From NCBI GenBank assembly GCA_002633005.1, contig NMRA01000002.1:2934228-2998227 (forward strand): DNA of 64,000 nucleotides, in the 5' to 3' direction. The translations under genes and the position numbers were made by a program. The notes under the pieces were generated by a model. It made no database searches. It was not told the origin of the DNA and saw only the letters and a program-made list of their open reading frames with translations. Numbering within the stretch: the stretch's first letter is position 1; each line of letters begins with the position of its first letter. Shown here piece by piece: positions 25,359-39,500 of the stretch. The stretch comes from Phoronis australis (taxonomy: Eukaryota; Animalia; Phoronida).

Positions 25359-26544
25359 CAGTCGCGGATCTAGGATATCACAAGGGGGGCCCAACATTTT
25401 GTCTGTAAACATTTGCTCAAAGCACGATTGTAGATGCGCATAGCACCGAATGGGGGAAGTCAGGAGGGATTTTCATATTAAGCATTTCATTATTTATTAT
25501 AGTATATATAATGTTGCAGCAAATTTTCATTTTTGCATATTCATAACTACACAAATGGTTTAAATATACAAACAATTCCATCTGCTGTCTACACCATCAG
25601 CATCTCTTAACATGCATGCACCCTTAGCAATACGTTGCACACGGGCAACGTCTCTTTCACAACAAGACTAACAGTTGCCTTCAATTAATGGAAAAGTAGT
25701 AATATACAACTTGTGCTACAAAATGTGACCAATATAAACAAGCGTGAGGCAGCAGCTTAAGCATAACAAAGATGAGAGAATACAACTGTCAAAATGTTAG
25801 CCAGGGTAGTTCTTATTACAATTATAAAAAAACTGACAGGCCACCAACTAAGTGTTGTACAACCCTGATTAGAACCATGCGCATGATTTGAGGCATGTTT
25901 TGACCAAAGTTGCCAATTCCGCATGCCCCATTTATAAGGACATGCCTGGCCTTACACTACACCTTGCAACACATCACCTAAACTGGCAACAAACATTCCA
26001 GTCGTTAATAATATCACTGGACAATAGACTCTGTTACTCTACACAAGAGTAAATGCCTAAGTAGGCATACATGGTCTTGGGTTCGAGCCCTGTTGGAACA
26101 GAAATTTTTTCGGACTTGCAAAAACTAAGTCATACGGCGAGTCCACGTTTGACTCTGCAAAGGCTTACACTCTGTGCACTCCATAAATGCTGAAAATATC
26201 TAATTTTTTTGAAAGGACAATAATCTCTGTTTTAGCCTAATAACTGAGAGTATCAGCGGCAACAATCACAAACATTACAAGTCTGGTCTGCACGCCACCT
26301 GTTGGTCACATCATGTGACTTAATGAACATAAGTCTGAAAAGATTACTGCCCCCAACCAGGACTTGAGCCCAGGACCTTCTGCTAACAGCAATATTATTA
26401 TGCGCAGGATACCATGTTTAGATGCCTATTACCGGTATATTAAAAAATAATTGCAGGCGGTCTGGTACACGTTGTACCAGACGTGCGCAGACCACGCGTG
26501 TGGGCCCATTGCGCTGATCAATTGGAACCATTTTTATGCTTTAT

Positions 26545-26676
26545 TAATATACAATTAAAACTGAGCTGAGGAGCAAGAAACCTGACTCAAGGGTTTAGCA
26601 GTGTGACCCAGTGGGGCTTGAACCCACGACCTCTAGTGAAGAAAGCAGGCACCTGTCACACTAGGCCACACTGCCT
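26545..26676 (-). mobile_element. tRNA-derived SINE fragment in the probable EXOC6 3' UTR
   Basis: On the - strand: TGGCCTAGTG A box, GGTTCAAGCCC B box, followed by CCCTTGAG. Confidence 0.55.
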
Positions 26677-27461
26677 CCACTCTAGATGTCTATCAACATG
26701 TGACCAAATTATTGTTCCATGTCCACGACTTTTACTTGTGCCTTAATGTGACTATTATGTAAGGACACTTGTGCCTTAATGTGACTATTATGTGAGGACA
26801 CTTGTGTATTTCAATGGTAAATAATGTTTTGCTTTCAAGTTAACTGCACCAGAAATAATCTCTAAGTTTTGAAATAACGCCATGATTGTGTTCTGTAGAT
26901 GCGAGAATCTTGCAAAAAAGCGAGCTCACACAAGATCAAACAAATTTGGCCGAGTAAAAGCTGAGCGCCATGAGTATGGTTGGAACCTTAACAGCCTAGC
27001 ACATGCTGTCCACTGAAGTGATTGGTTTGTGAATTTAGGATGTTGAATAATGGGATAGAACTCATTGTTTCCATTCCAGAAAACACAAGTGAGAAGTATT
27101 CACTTCAAACGTTATGTGAGTGTCTTTGGACCTCCAAAATATGACGCAGTCTTGTTTCAATTGAATCTAAACTTAATGACATTACATGTCAGAAGTAGTA
27201 AGACAAAATGACCTGAAATCCCATGTCATGACTGGCTGACACAAGTATACTTCATCATCATAGTGGCCTTTCCCCATGAATGTTAATTACCGGGGAAAAC
27301 TTAATTAGGTTGAAACACTGCTCTACAATCAGAATTTTGCTGCAATGAGAAATAATTGAACCACAAACAGAATTGGCTACCATCACTTTTGGCATGTACT
27401 GCAGGCTCCAAAATGGACACCAGCTTCATGTGACGAGTCACCAGTTGTTTTTTTCGTAGCA

Positions 27462-27594
27462 CTAGGAGGCACTGATAGTGTTGACTAGACCTCGTAGTTG
27501 CTTGAGTACCGTGTCTATTAATTTCTTCTTGTCGCGTTCGTTCTTTTTGAAGGACGCAAAGATATTGCCTTTTCGCTTGTCCCCATCGCGAAGT
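27462..27594 (-). CDS. EXOC6: EXOC6 last coding exon (LRDGDKRKGNIF...LVNTISAS*)
   Basis: gctag|A ... TAG stop; conserved C-terminus. Confidence 0.95.
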
Positions 27595-30500
27595 CTAGCA
27601 GAGACAAAATAAACTCGGGTTAAAAATCTTGTTAAAAATGAAGGAAATGCATAAAAAAGGCAAGACCATAATCTCATAGTCGCCAATCTGAATTTCTTTT
27701 CATTACACACTTAAAGGCAAGAAAATCATTTGCAGGGCTAAAGGTGGCACTTGCAAACAAATTGCTTATCTATGTGATCATGACACGAAACGAGTAAAAG
27801 AAAAACAATTACAATGAGGACGAAAAGAGGCAGGCATGTTTATAATGTACCTATTTAGTGCCAAACGACTATGTTACACAAATCAACCCGTGTCTTGTAA
27901 ATACCATGAAACAGTGCTGTGGAATAACACTGAGTGATGCAGAATGTGTGCCCACAAAATACTAGTTTTTAAAAGAGATTAATACGATCTTTGAAATTCA
28001 TTTGGCTCCATCGATGTTATAGCGAAAGCCCAGAAGAATGTCAGATGAAAAACAAAACTGAATCACTTAAAAATAAAACTGAATAACTTAAAAATCAACA
28101 GAAAGTCTTAGCTTCAAAATTTCGGCCATTTTCGACAAGAAATTTCAACTTTTTTGAAAACCCCTCTGTTTCACCAGTACAAAGGTCATCTTTTCACAAA
28201 TTTTTCATTTCACATTCACAAATTACTTGTGGGGTCCATTTCGTTGAAAGTGACTTAAGAATCACACTCCCATTTCAAAATAACGTTTTTGTCAGGTAGC
28301 ACACCATAACTTATCATTAGTCAAACAAATTAACGTGAGAGTACCTTCATACCCAAAAGCATTGTGGTTAAGAATTCAACATAGACAGATTAACTGCGAC
28401 AAAATACCCCTTTAAAAAATACAAAAAGTGACCAATCTTTAGATCATGGCAACATGACTTGCACTAGCGTTAATGTGGCCAATTAACAAAAGAAGAAACA
28501 GACAACCACTGGGAATACGTACTTTTCTAAGAGTGCGATGGCCGTGTGAGGACTGACCCGCAGGTATTTGCTGCTGGGCTTAGAGTAGTCGGCTAGGTAC
28601 GTTGACCAATCCCAATCCATGAAGAGATCAAGTAGTTGTCGCAGGTCGATGAAAGCAAGCTGGAGTGTGCCGTCCTTGAGGCCCGGGACGGGGTCAGACT
28701 GGGCAAAGGCTGCAGAGAAGGGGTGGGTCTTAAATTATGGAAAGTCTCTCGCGAAGAAAACTTGAATTGTGACATAACTTTGAAAATTGTAACAGTATTT
28801 GTTACCAGCTGATGAGAGACAATGCAAAGACATAATTCTGGTGTTTTTAAATAACGCAAAATAATTGCAAAAAGTGAAACACGTCTTGAGTGCTGCAGAA
28901 CAGTTGACTAAGGGATAGTATTTTAACGAACGAACGACCATTGAGAAATGAGAATATCTGGTTGATTAATACAAAAGTAGTGCATTCGCCAGGGTCCTCG
29001 TTCATCCGAGGGGAAAGGTACCCGTGCCTTCTGAGAGGGGAATATATCGGGTGAGAGGAAAATTCTACAACCCGATCACCATCAGCAGCACCCCCACACT
29101 GTTGCAAACCCTCAAATGCTCAGCCTAAAGTAGCCAAAATTAACACTTTGTGCTTTTTCAAATCGTCACTTGTGTGAGTTTAAAGTGATTCAAACCTCGA
29201 GGGGAATTTTTCAATCACTTGAGGGAAATTTTGGAGCATCACGAGTGGAATTTCGCGGGATTTTTTCAACATTTTTCAGAGGGGAATGGGGTCGAGGGAT
29301 TGAGGGCCTTGCTTGATGAAAATAGAAAATGAGGTAAAGGACAAATAATCCCCATAAATCTCATATTAGTACTAGGGGAAATTCTGAGAAGGAATAAAAT
29401 TAAACAGAAAAATATAGAACTTCGACAAAGTTATGATCTGACGAAGAATGGACTAAATATAGATTTTATTACAGCTATCCGCTTGGACTTGTTCTGGACG
29501 TCTAAACATAGATTTTATTACAGCTATCCGCTTGCACTTGTTCTGGTCTAAATATAGATTTTATTACAGCTATCCGCTTGCACTTGTTCTGGTCTAAATT
29601 TTGTCAAATGAAAATCATTTTTGTTCCTGGTGGAGAATTTTGCCTACATGCCTAATAGAGCTAGGTGAAATAACATCAAATTGATATCCAATTTTAGTTC
29701 AACAACACCCCAATTTTGTAACGACGAAAGTCACATCCTATTGCATGATTCAAACATAAATTGCATCAGTGTTTTGCAGAGTTCTGCCAAAGTCCATCCA
29801 GCTTTTTTCCACAACTAATTGTACCAGTTAGCACACTGACTTCCAAGAATTCATAGCTATCCTTCTCACAACACTCACCTTCACACTGGATGAGGTCAAG
29901 GTTCAACTGCTCCAATGCACCCTGGGATACGTGCTTGACCTCGTTACTCATTAACATTTCCTTCAGTGTCTGCGCTATGTGTTTACAGGAAGACATGCAA
30001 GCTGTCTGAGCCACTTTAGGCTGCAATTGACGAATTATTACCAAATAACACAAGTACCATAAACAGTCAGCTTCAGGTAAGTGCCCACAACTGATTTTTC
30101 AATAATTTTACTTCTGAATCTCCGTGTTCTTAAAATCTGTATTCGGCTGATTATTTCTTAACTTCTCCATGTAAAACCCCTGGGCGTTAACCCGAATAAA
30201 TATGGTAGTTTTCTCAAACTGTGTCCAGAATGGCACTTAAACCAGCGCAAGATGCATCTAGGACAAGTTGTGCCTGAACAGCTCAGTGTCCACATGGCAA
30301 GGAAACTCCAGCTGACAAGACAGCAAGAGCAGAGTTTTTGATTGCTCTGGGTAAAAAGTGAATGAAACAAAATCTCCGAAAATTGTCGCCATTCTTGAGC
30401 TAAAATATTCCCAGTAGTCCATACCTATGCAGGACAAGGGACCAATCATGTACAATGTACATCAACTTTGAGCGCCATGGAATAACAGCGACTCCTTTCC

Positions 30501-33500
30501 GCCAATTCTTCAATAAAATGTTGTCCTTTCGCAACCAAACAAAATTTGTTTCACTTTGGTGTAACGTTTTTGGAGTATTGTAATACCATCAAATCGGGTA
30601 CTTTTGCTTAAGGAAAGAGGTCCCAGTCTCCCAATACATGTTGCTTCAGGGAAGAGGTCCCAATCTCCCAATACATGTTGCTTCAGGGAAGAGGTCCCAA
30701 TCTCCCAATACATGTTGCTTCAGGGAAGAGGTCCCAATCTCCCAATACATGTTGCTTCAGGGAAGAGGTCCCAATCTCCCAATACATGTTGCTTCAGGGA
30801 AGAGGTCCCAATCTCCCAATACATGTTGCTTCAGGGAAGAGGTCCCAATCTCCCAATACATGTTGCTTCAGGGAAGAGGTCCCAATCTCCCAATACATGT
30901 TGCTTCAGGGAAGAGGTCCCAGTCTCCCAATACATGTTGCTTCAGGGAAGAGGTCCCAATCTCCCAATACATGTTGCTTCAGGGAAGAGGTCCCAATCTC
31001 CCAATACATGTTGCTTATCCACTAACAAATGATGTTCGACTGGCATGTGGGAGTCAAGTATTTTGACATCAACGTCAGACTTTTCTTTGTGGCCAAAGCA
31101 GGAGCGAGACGCAAGTAAATGCCATTCAGTAGATTGTGTTTTTTTAATGTAATGCGTGATAGGTGCCAGATGAATGACGGAGTTCAGAAACTTTTAGACA
31201 ATTGGGCATTCTTCTTTTGATTTAAGTTACAAAACGAGACGATCACAAATTCCAGCTGCAAATAGTCCCTAGGCCGACTGAAAAAGTGAGCTTCACAAAG
31301 ACCAATTCTTAACTGTGACTTGAAAACCTGCTATCTGCCTAGCTATGTAAACTCAACTGATTATTGTTCCGTTTTCCCCTGTTTGCTGTCTACACAGGCA
31401 CTTGAAGTGAGGGGAACTGACCAGGAGCAAGTTGCACTACCACGAAGAGGTGTTAAGTTGTCAAGAGACACTTACAGCCGATTTCATAAACTTGTAGTTT
31501 AAAGCAAAATCTGGTTTAAACTGGACTTAGACCAGGTTTAAAGATAATCTGCATTTCATAAAGGTGGTTTAACTTTTAGACCAGTGGTCTAGTAAAACCT
31601 GGTTTAACTCTAGTCTAAGTCATTCAGCTGATTTCATAAAGGTGGTTTAAAGTTAAACCTGGTTTAACTGGACTTAGACCAGGTTTAAAGATAATCTCCA
31701 TTTCATAAAGGTGGTTTAACTTTTAGACCAGTGGTCTAGTAAAACCTGGTTTAACTCCAGTTTAGACCTGGTCTAAGTCAACTGTTAAATATGTCAGACT
31801 TGCATGATATGGGTGCAACTGAATGATGCCGCAGTGTGCATTTGCGATGCAGTTTTAGCGCAAAACGGAATATTTTTAATATTCAGTTTTACGACACAAG
31901 ATCAAACATAGCAAGGGCGGATTCAGGATTATTTAAAGGAGGGGGGGGGGGNAAGGACTTTTAAAAGGGGTACCAAGTCAACAATTTGAAAATTATAGAT
32001 TTGATATCACTAAAATGAAGGGAAAAAGGGGGGTTGGACACCTTGTCCCCCTTAGATTCACCTATGTGTAGACCAGTACATGCTGTAGGGTGTGCTGCGG
32101 ATTCCTCAAGATACAATGGGCGTCATTGTCGTAAGCACTACAGGTTTGACTAAAGACATCATCTTCCGATTCTTCAGAGTTCCACCTCCACTGGTCTCTG
32201 ATATAGTGTTGCCGTGAAGGGGTTTTGGCCCCCCCCTTTGGCCGCGAAAACTAAATACTAAAATGACACGGAAATAAAGTTGGACATTTTTTCATGTTGC
32301 ATCTAATCGTGAGCATGTAATTTAATGAGTGTACATGTGGTGGGAACAGACATTACATTTTTCCTGATGAGAAAAGCTTTTAGACCTTTTTCGTAGATGA
32401 CTGCACTGATTCTACCAGTGTGTGCCATTGTATACCCAAGTGATCAATGTTTTATTGAAGTACTTCTGAATCAGTAGTTTCTTTTTAATCCAGATCGACA
32501 CAGTAGAGTGGCTTGGGTACTTTAAACCTGGTTTTACTAAACCCGCTTCATGGTCTAACTCAACCAGGCTTTTAAAACCACATTGATGAAATGCAAGTTG
32601 GATCTAAAGTTAGACCAGGTTTAGGAAGATCAGGTTTAAGTCTTAAACCTGGTTTTGTTAAACCGCCTTTATGAAATCGGCTGTTATAGTTTAAGGTTTT
32701 GTGCACATAGACATATCTGCTCAGCAAAGGGGATATGGTATAAATTTACAAAACAAGCGTAGGAATGTTTTCTCATACTAATCACTATATAATTCACCGC
32801 TCCTGGTCGTCACCAACCTACAGTACTAAAGATACTTATAGTTACTGGGTGAAATCATGACTAATTTGGTAGAGAAATTCGAAGATGATACAACAAAATT
32901 TCACTTTCCACATTGTATCCTGAGGTAAAAAATTATTGTAATGTATTTAGTACTCTATCCAACATGTTAAAAATAAATTCTGTTGTGTCTGTATATTTAT
33001 TTTCGTACTTAAATCTGTCATTTGATTAGTTAAAGCTGATTTCCCACTGCTTAGCTGGCTGAAAAGAAAAATATGTTCTTTACCGTGACAGGATCTTGTT
33101 GCAATAAGAGATATTCCAAGAATGATTTTATGAGCCAGAGTAAAACCCCCAATTTCATTTTCTTTTTTAGCCAGCTAAACAGGGCATAATGCTGCTTTAA
33201 GTCACTAAAAGTCAAAACATCCTCTAACTCAAGTTTCTACACTCGACTATACAGATAAGTAACTGATGCCTTATTCAGAAAAATCTCTCCGTCAAGTTGG
33301 ATTCTACTCGTGAGTTTCACTGAATTGAGACCAGCACCCAGGGACTAATTTCGCAACACATACTCTTGACTCGAAAGCTAGGTGGTGTGATCTGAGTACA
33401 AAATTTTACTCAAAGCATGCTACGCAATAGGACAAATTTCGAGTGGAGTCGCGAATTCAGGCATTAGATCCTGGGTGCAGGTAATACAAGTGTTGACATC

Positions 33501-36500
33501 TTACCGGTAAATTTGTGAACGATGTGAAGGTGCTCTGAAGGAAGGCAATGAGGTCAGTGATGTTCTCACTGGCATGGCCATAGGACTCCTCCAACAGCCA
33601 ATCGTATGAAGCTAGGGAAGGTCAGAGGTCAGAGTTGAACACCGTCTGCTAATGACTCATGATTAATTTATCTTAAGTTTCTAAATATCGCTATCACAAA
33701 ATTACACAATTTTTTCTAAATGACTGGAAAGAAAACAAAAACTGTTTAACATCTAGCTATAAATTCGACATCTTCTGACACAAAGAACATTAAGCTAAAG
33801 CAAAAGCAAAAGCAAAACAAAGTATTGATGAAAGCCACCAATTCCCAAATAACCGCCAAGAGGCTCTAACATTAACATATTTATTTTGTAACTATACAAA
33901 AACTTCAGTTAGCATACAGACCCTGTTGAGATCAAAGGTCTTTTAACCTAATGTTCAAGCTGATGTATTGTTCAGTATACTTTAAAGGGACGGCAATCCA
34001 CTACGTCACACTTACTGTTATTCATGTTTGCTCGATGAAAGTGAATTCAATGCAGAACCAAAATGCCCTTTGTGCCACGTTCTATTGGTCGTCAAGGGAA
34101 CACTAAATACCATAGAAAAAATTCTCTGCATGATAACCAGAGATCTGCATTCTGACTAAAGATAACATCACAGTGGTGACAGTTTCTCTTTAATGAAACC
34201 TTGAAGCAATGGAAAATAAGACTTCATATTCAAGCTTTCAAATCCCCTGCAATTCTTGATTTAACAACTCTTTAACTGATCCTCCACTTTTTACTTACAC
34301 AGCTCCAGGAAGTCATCAATTTTCAAATTTAACTCTCGGTAGATTTGGGCTTCAGCGTCGCTTCTAGCGTCCTGTAATACAAACAATTTTATATCAGTCC
34401 GTTCAAGAATTTAGGTTATGGTTGGCATTTGCTTGCAATAGTTTAGTTATGCAGATGCATTTAGTCAAAAATCAATAAAACTGACACATTTTAACTCAGT
34501 AAAAGTATATTTTTGAAAGTAGAAAGCAAGCAGAATTTGATTTTGAAGTACTTTCTACCAATCACCCGTTAATTGGATTACACGACCATGCCTTTTCTGT
34601 CAGTAAAATTTAGCAAAGACAGATAAATTCATAGCAAAACAATGACATCAATAACAAGACCAAATTCCGTTATGTTCAAGATAAAATTTCAAAAATGCTG
34701 TTACAATGTTTTCTAAATTATCATTTCATTTTCGTTTTATGCAACTTTAGAGTTTTGAACTTTTTTGTCCTATTTTTGATGGCCCCTCATGCAAAAGTGC
34801 AACATTTTAAATACAAATCCTGAAAATTTGGAGAATAGTGCACCAAGCATACTATGTGAAACTTTCATATGAATGAATACAATCTGTCATTTAGAGTTAC
34901 AATGTTTCAAAGTTAGCCAAATTCGAATATTTTTCTAAGAACCTACATAATATTAACAATCACCTTCATATTCACGTTAAGATACAGTATCACTCAATTT
35001 AACAATGGCAATATTAACTGCTGGCTGACAAAAGCATTAAACTCGGCCTCTAATATTTAACAGAAAAGTTGTCACAGTAGCTATGCAATAAAATAATCAT
35101 CACAATCAATTGGGTCACATGTCTGGCAAAAGATGTGATACAGCACTTCTTGATTTTATGAGTTACATTTAAATAAATACTGCTAAGTATCATTCCGCAT
35201 GTCTGAAACCCAAGAGAAGTAGTGCCCAACATCCTGCACCTACACATTGCAAACATCAAGCACTGCAGTAAATTTCAAGATATATACAGAATGCGACTTT
35301 CACTCTACTAAAGCCACAAACCCTCATCAATTAAAAGCCATTTTACAACATAAAGACACCGTCACTAGATGGCACTAGGGTAGTTGGTGAACAGTGTTCT
35401 CCATTCTTGAATGGATTTTTCACAGGGACATTTTCCAGCATTTTTCAAATTCTTTGCAACAATCACGCCATCAACTTGCCATAGTTATGCAATGGAATAT
35501 TCAAATAAGTCTTACAAAAATATCCAGCATGTCAAAATGTCTGCAAATTAATAAAAGTAATTGCATTTTATCCGGGTCAACTCGTCCCATCTCGTACACC
35601 AGAGCACAAATTTTGTCAAGCAAGATGTTTTTGTGCCCTCACAAAACTGAAGAGTTCTATGAAGAACATTTCCCATTGACTGATGCTACGATACATGCTG
35701 CAGCATCCAGCAATACACGCTTAAAAAGGCAAAGCTTGTGCAAAGGCGTATGAATGTGCTCAGTTATCAAAAGACATATTTCCCATTACTGCAACTTTGA
35801 GCTCCAAATCAAAATTATTTTCGTCATTTTCTGTTCTACTTTTGTTCGAACTCAAAATTAGTGTCCATTAGTCTGTGCTTGAGTATATCATGGGTTATGC
35901 ACTGACACGTTTCTAGTCTAAGCTCGCACCTGATGACCCATCATTCGAGCTACAAACCAGAGTAAAAGTCTAAATCTCGAATAAAAACTAAATGGGGTCA
36001 ACAGGTGCAAACTAGGATTAGACAGTTATTCACGCAAGCCATTATTAGAGCACAAAATAAATTTACCTTGAATTTTCACAAAAGTAGAATAAAAATGCCA
36101 AAATTGATTTCAAGTTTTGATTTCGAGTGCAAAGATTAGACAGTGGGCCGTGATCTTTCTTAAGTGTTAACAGACCTTACAAAGACTGATGATTAGAGAA
36201 GATATCCAACCACTATGGCTCTGACCAATAGAGACAAAACGAGGTAACAGGTGACTGGGTCTAGCGATCATGTCTTTTCAATAAAATTTAGCAAAAAAGA
36301 AAGGTACTCTATGTCAAAACAACAATATCAATAACACCACCAAACTTCACTTCAACATTCAAGATAAAACCTCAAAAACACCGTTACAAATTTTTTGAAT
36401 AATCACTTCATTTTCATTTTATGCAACGTCTGATTTTATATAAAAATCATAAAAGTCCATTTTAGATAGCCCCTCTTGTGGGTCACTTTTAATAATGCAA

Positions 36501-39500
36501 AAAATACAGTATCTAAAAGTTTCATTTGAATCCAAGCGGTCATTTCTAAAAAATCACATTCTGAATTAAGCCAAATTTGGACATTTTTCAACCGTCCTAC
36601 AGAACTATAAGCTAAAATTTTTATGTCACTGTGTCAGAATTGAGCTCACCTTAAACATCGACGTTCCTTGTAGCTTGGCAGCATGGACACTGTCTTTTTC
36701 AGCACTGCAAATTTAAATGTGACCATTATGAAATGTATTTACAAGAAGAAGTTGGCGACCAGTCAGCAATGACTCGGCGAACAGTCATCTAGCCAACTCG
36801 GAACCCAGACAAGCAATGGTCAGCTAGGAGTTGTTAGGTCGGTCCCCATTGCAGTTGTCACCTGAGGTGTGATTTAATATCCTAGCGCTTGTGATGAAGC
36901 AAGGTTTCGTTATTACACTAAAACTGATGAAAATGAAAACAAAAACACTGGATGTGGCATGACAACACGTAATTTTTAAAGGAAATATTCAAGAGTCAGT
37001 ATTGAAGTTGGAGCTGGTGTCAGCTATGCGGCTGATGCTGGTCTGCAGAAAATTAGCAAAACTACTCGATCGATGACTGGTCGCTGACTCGTTTCCACTA
37101 GTCAGATAAAAGTTTGTGATGGGTGCTGTATGCATCCAAATTAAACTACCAAAGTGGCAAGCAACTTACTGGCAGGCATTGTAACAACTCTGTTGAAATC
37201 AGTGGTACATAACATTTTCCATCTTACAAGTTTCATTTTCTCATGTCTTCCAAATAAAAAGCTATATACTATACATTCTGACAATACCACACATCTGAAA
37301 AGAGTAACACTAGTACCTACTGAAATATTTATTATCAGTTACAGCAATTCTTAACCTAGGCACATGATATGGCTGACAAAAGGAATTTCATTCTTTCAAA
37401 TTTCTCAACAAAAATGAACATTAAAATAATTCTATTTCCATAAAAACAAAGTTTGTACAGCATATCAGACAAAAAAAAAAAAATTCCGTGAAAATTTTTC
37501 ATGCTTTGTAACACTGCAGTCAGACTTTGAAAACTCGAGAATGGCGACACTTTTTGTGCAATGAAGCAAAGATGTCATTAGGTCAATAGGCCATTCCAAA
37601 GTGTCCATCACCCCTCCGTAGGTCAATAGGCCATTCCAAAGTGTCCATCACCCGGCTGTGTTCAACTTACCCAGTTATGTTGGAGATAAAGTCTTCCAAA
37701 TATCCACAAGAGTGTTCCAAGTGGTTCATGTTGATGGATATCTGGATCAACTTAAACAAGCAAAGATGGATGTCAAAACATTTCGCGGATTCCTCATTTC
37801 ACTTTCATAATTGCCATGCATGTCTCATACGTTTTCTATCAATTAGGAGATGGTCAGAAACAATACACTTCATCCACAGTCAAAGATAACTATTTTTTTC
37901 AAAATGACTCGTCGACGGCATTTTTGGAGCTTTGCCAAAACACTAGGCANATGTCAATTTCCTCTCCCACCAACACTTTCAGGGTATACCAGTCATTATA
38001 CCCCTCCCCCCAGTCATTAAACCCCTCCCCCCAGTCATTAAACCCCTCCCCCCAAGCTTCTGAAAATGTCAATCATTACGCAGGATTCCTTAGCATGTAC
38101 AGCTTCAAAGAAACACACAAAACACTAGTTATGTATTAACAGCAGTCCCAATTCACACATTGAGTTAATCCTCTAGAAGGCACTCAGGCCCATAACCTGA
38201 AGATTATAATTAAAGGGATTAGAAGATTCAACAAATCTCATTATGCGGTTGGTCGACAATGACCTTTGAAGAAAGCCGGTCTTTCCCACTGGCTGCTTGT
38301 GCATTATATTAGCTGACAAAGTCTCCCAACATAGATCACTGACATTAATCTGAAAAAATCTAATTCCATTGACAGCTTATCACGATGCCTCTTATTACCA
38401 GCAACTCGGGTTGTAAATCTGCCACAGTCTTCAAGATGGAAAACTTTGCCCATGCTCAAGCATCACGACTGGGAATTTTGGGTCATTTTGGGTCATTTTT
38501 CCCATTACTCGTGCTGTTTATAGTAATAGTCATTCTGAGCAACATGTGTTCCAAAAGTATAACAGGAAATGTTGTCGCGTATCTCTTAACGAATACCACA
38601 CAATTTGATGCTCGCAGCACCCTCTGCAGTACCTGAAGGAGAGTCAACTTGGCTGTCTTTATCTGATTGGTCAGCGTGAAGCTCAGCGTTTTGGTTAACA
38701 GCATGTTGGCTGACTTACGTATCATGTCATCAATCTCCGTGTGACTGGAATACATTGGAAACAAAAAAAATTGATTTTGCACAGCGCACGGTCACTAGCA
38801 AATGTAAATAAGATGAAAACTCACTAACTTAGGACACAGTATGGAGTACAAGGGGGATTTATTTGCCCACATTTCATAATCAAAAAGATCACGACATTGA
38901 TGCTTTGTCATACTTTGCTAAGTCTCTTCAAGAGCTACTATTACATCTGATCACTTCTAGAAGATCTTGAAACGGGGGAAATATAGGAAACATTTTTGCT
39001 CATAACTGACAAGATTTTACGACAAATGTATCAGGCTACGGTTTAGAGGACAAAGGTTTCTTGCTGCAAGAGACATTGCAAGTATATTTGTGATGGGATG
39101 CAGACTCAATGGACAGAGTGGTAGTTGATATATTGTGCTGAAGAGCAAGCAAAAGTGAGTCACAGTATGCACTTTTGAAGATCATGAATAACACACTTAC
39201 TAGCCAATTTCCAACTGCTACATAATGAATGGATTTTTGCTACAAACAATAATTTTTTTTTAACGACGTGACTTACCTTAAATGGAGATCTTCAGCAAAT
39301 TTGAGACAAGCATAAATAAACTCCTTCACCTGACTATATACTTTTGGCACGAAACTTGAAAATGGAAAACTTTTGGGGTATCTGGCCTGAAAGGGGCATA
39401 ATGTATTATTTGTAAACATTAAAAGCATACCAACAACAAGTTAAGCGACACACATTTTAAAACACACTCAGTGCAACAATGCCCTTCAACAAGCTGTGCG

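Noticed and set aside
30604-31066. 37-bp repeat as a CRISPR array, or its three stop-free ORFs as genes
   Set aside because: Repeats are directly adjacent with no spacers, there are no cas genes, and the locus is a eukaryotic intron. The ORFs arise from a stop-free repeat unit.
37170-37189. Possible EXOC6 microexon (caacag|...|gtaagt)
   Set aside because: It is 20 nt and would shift the frame; the 18-nt version needs a weak GAG acceptor.
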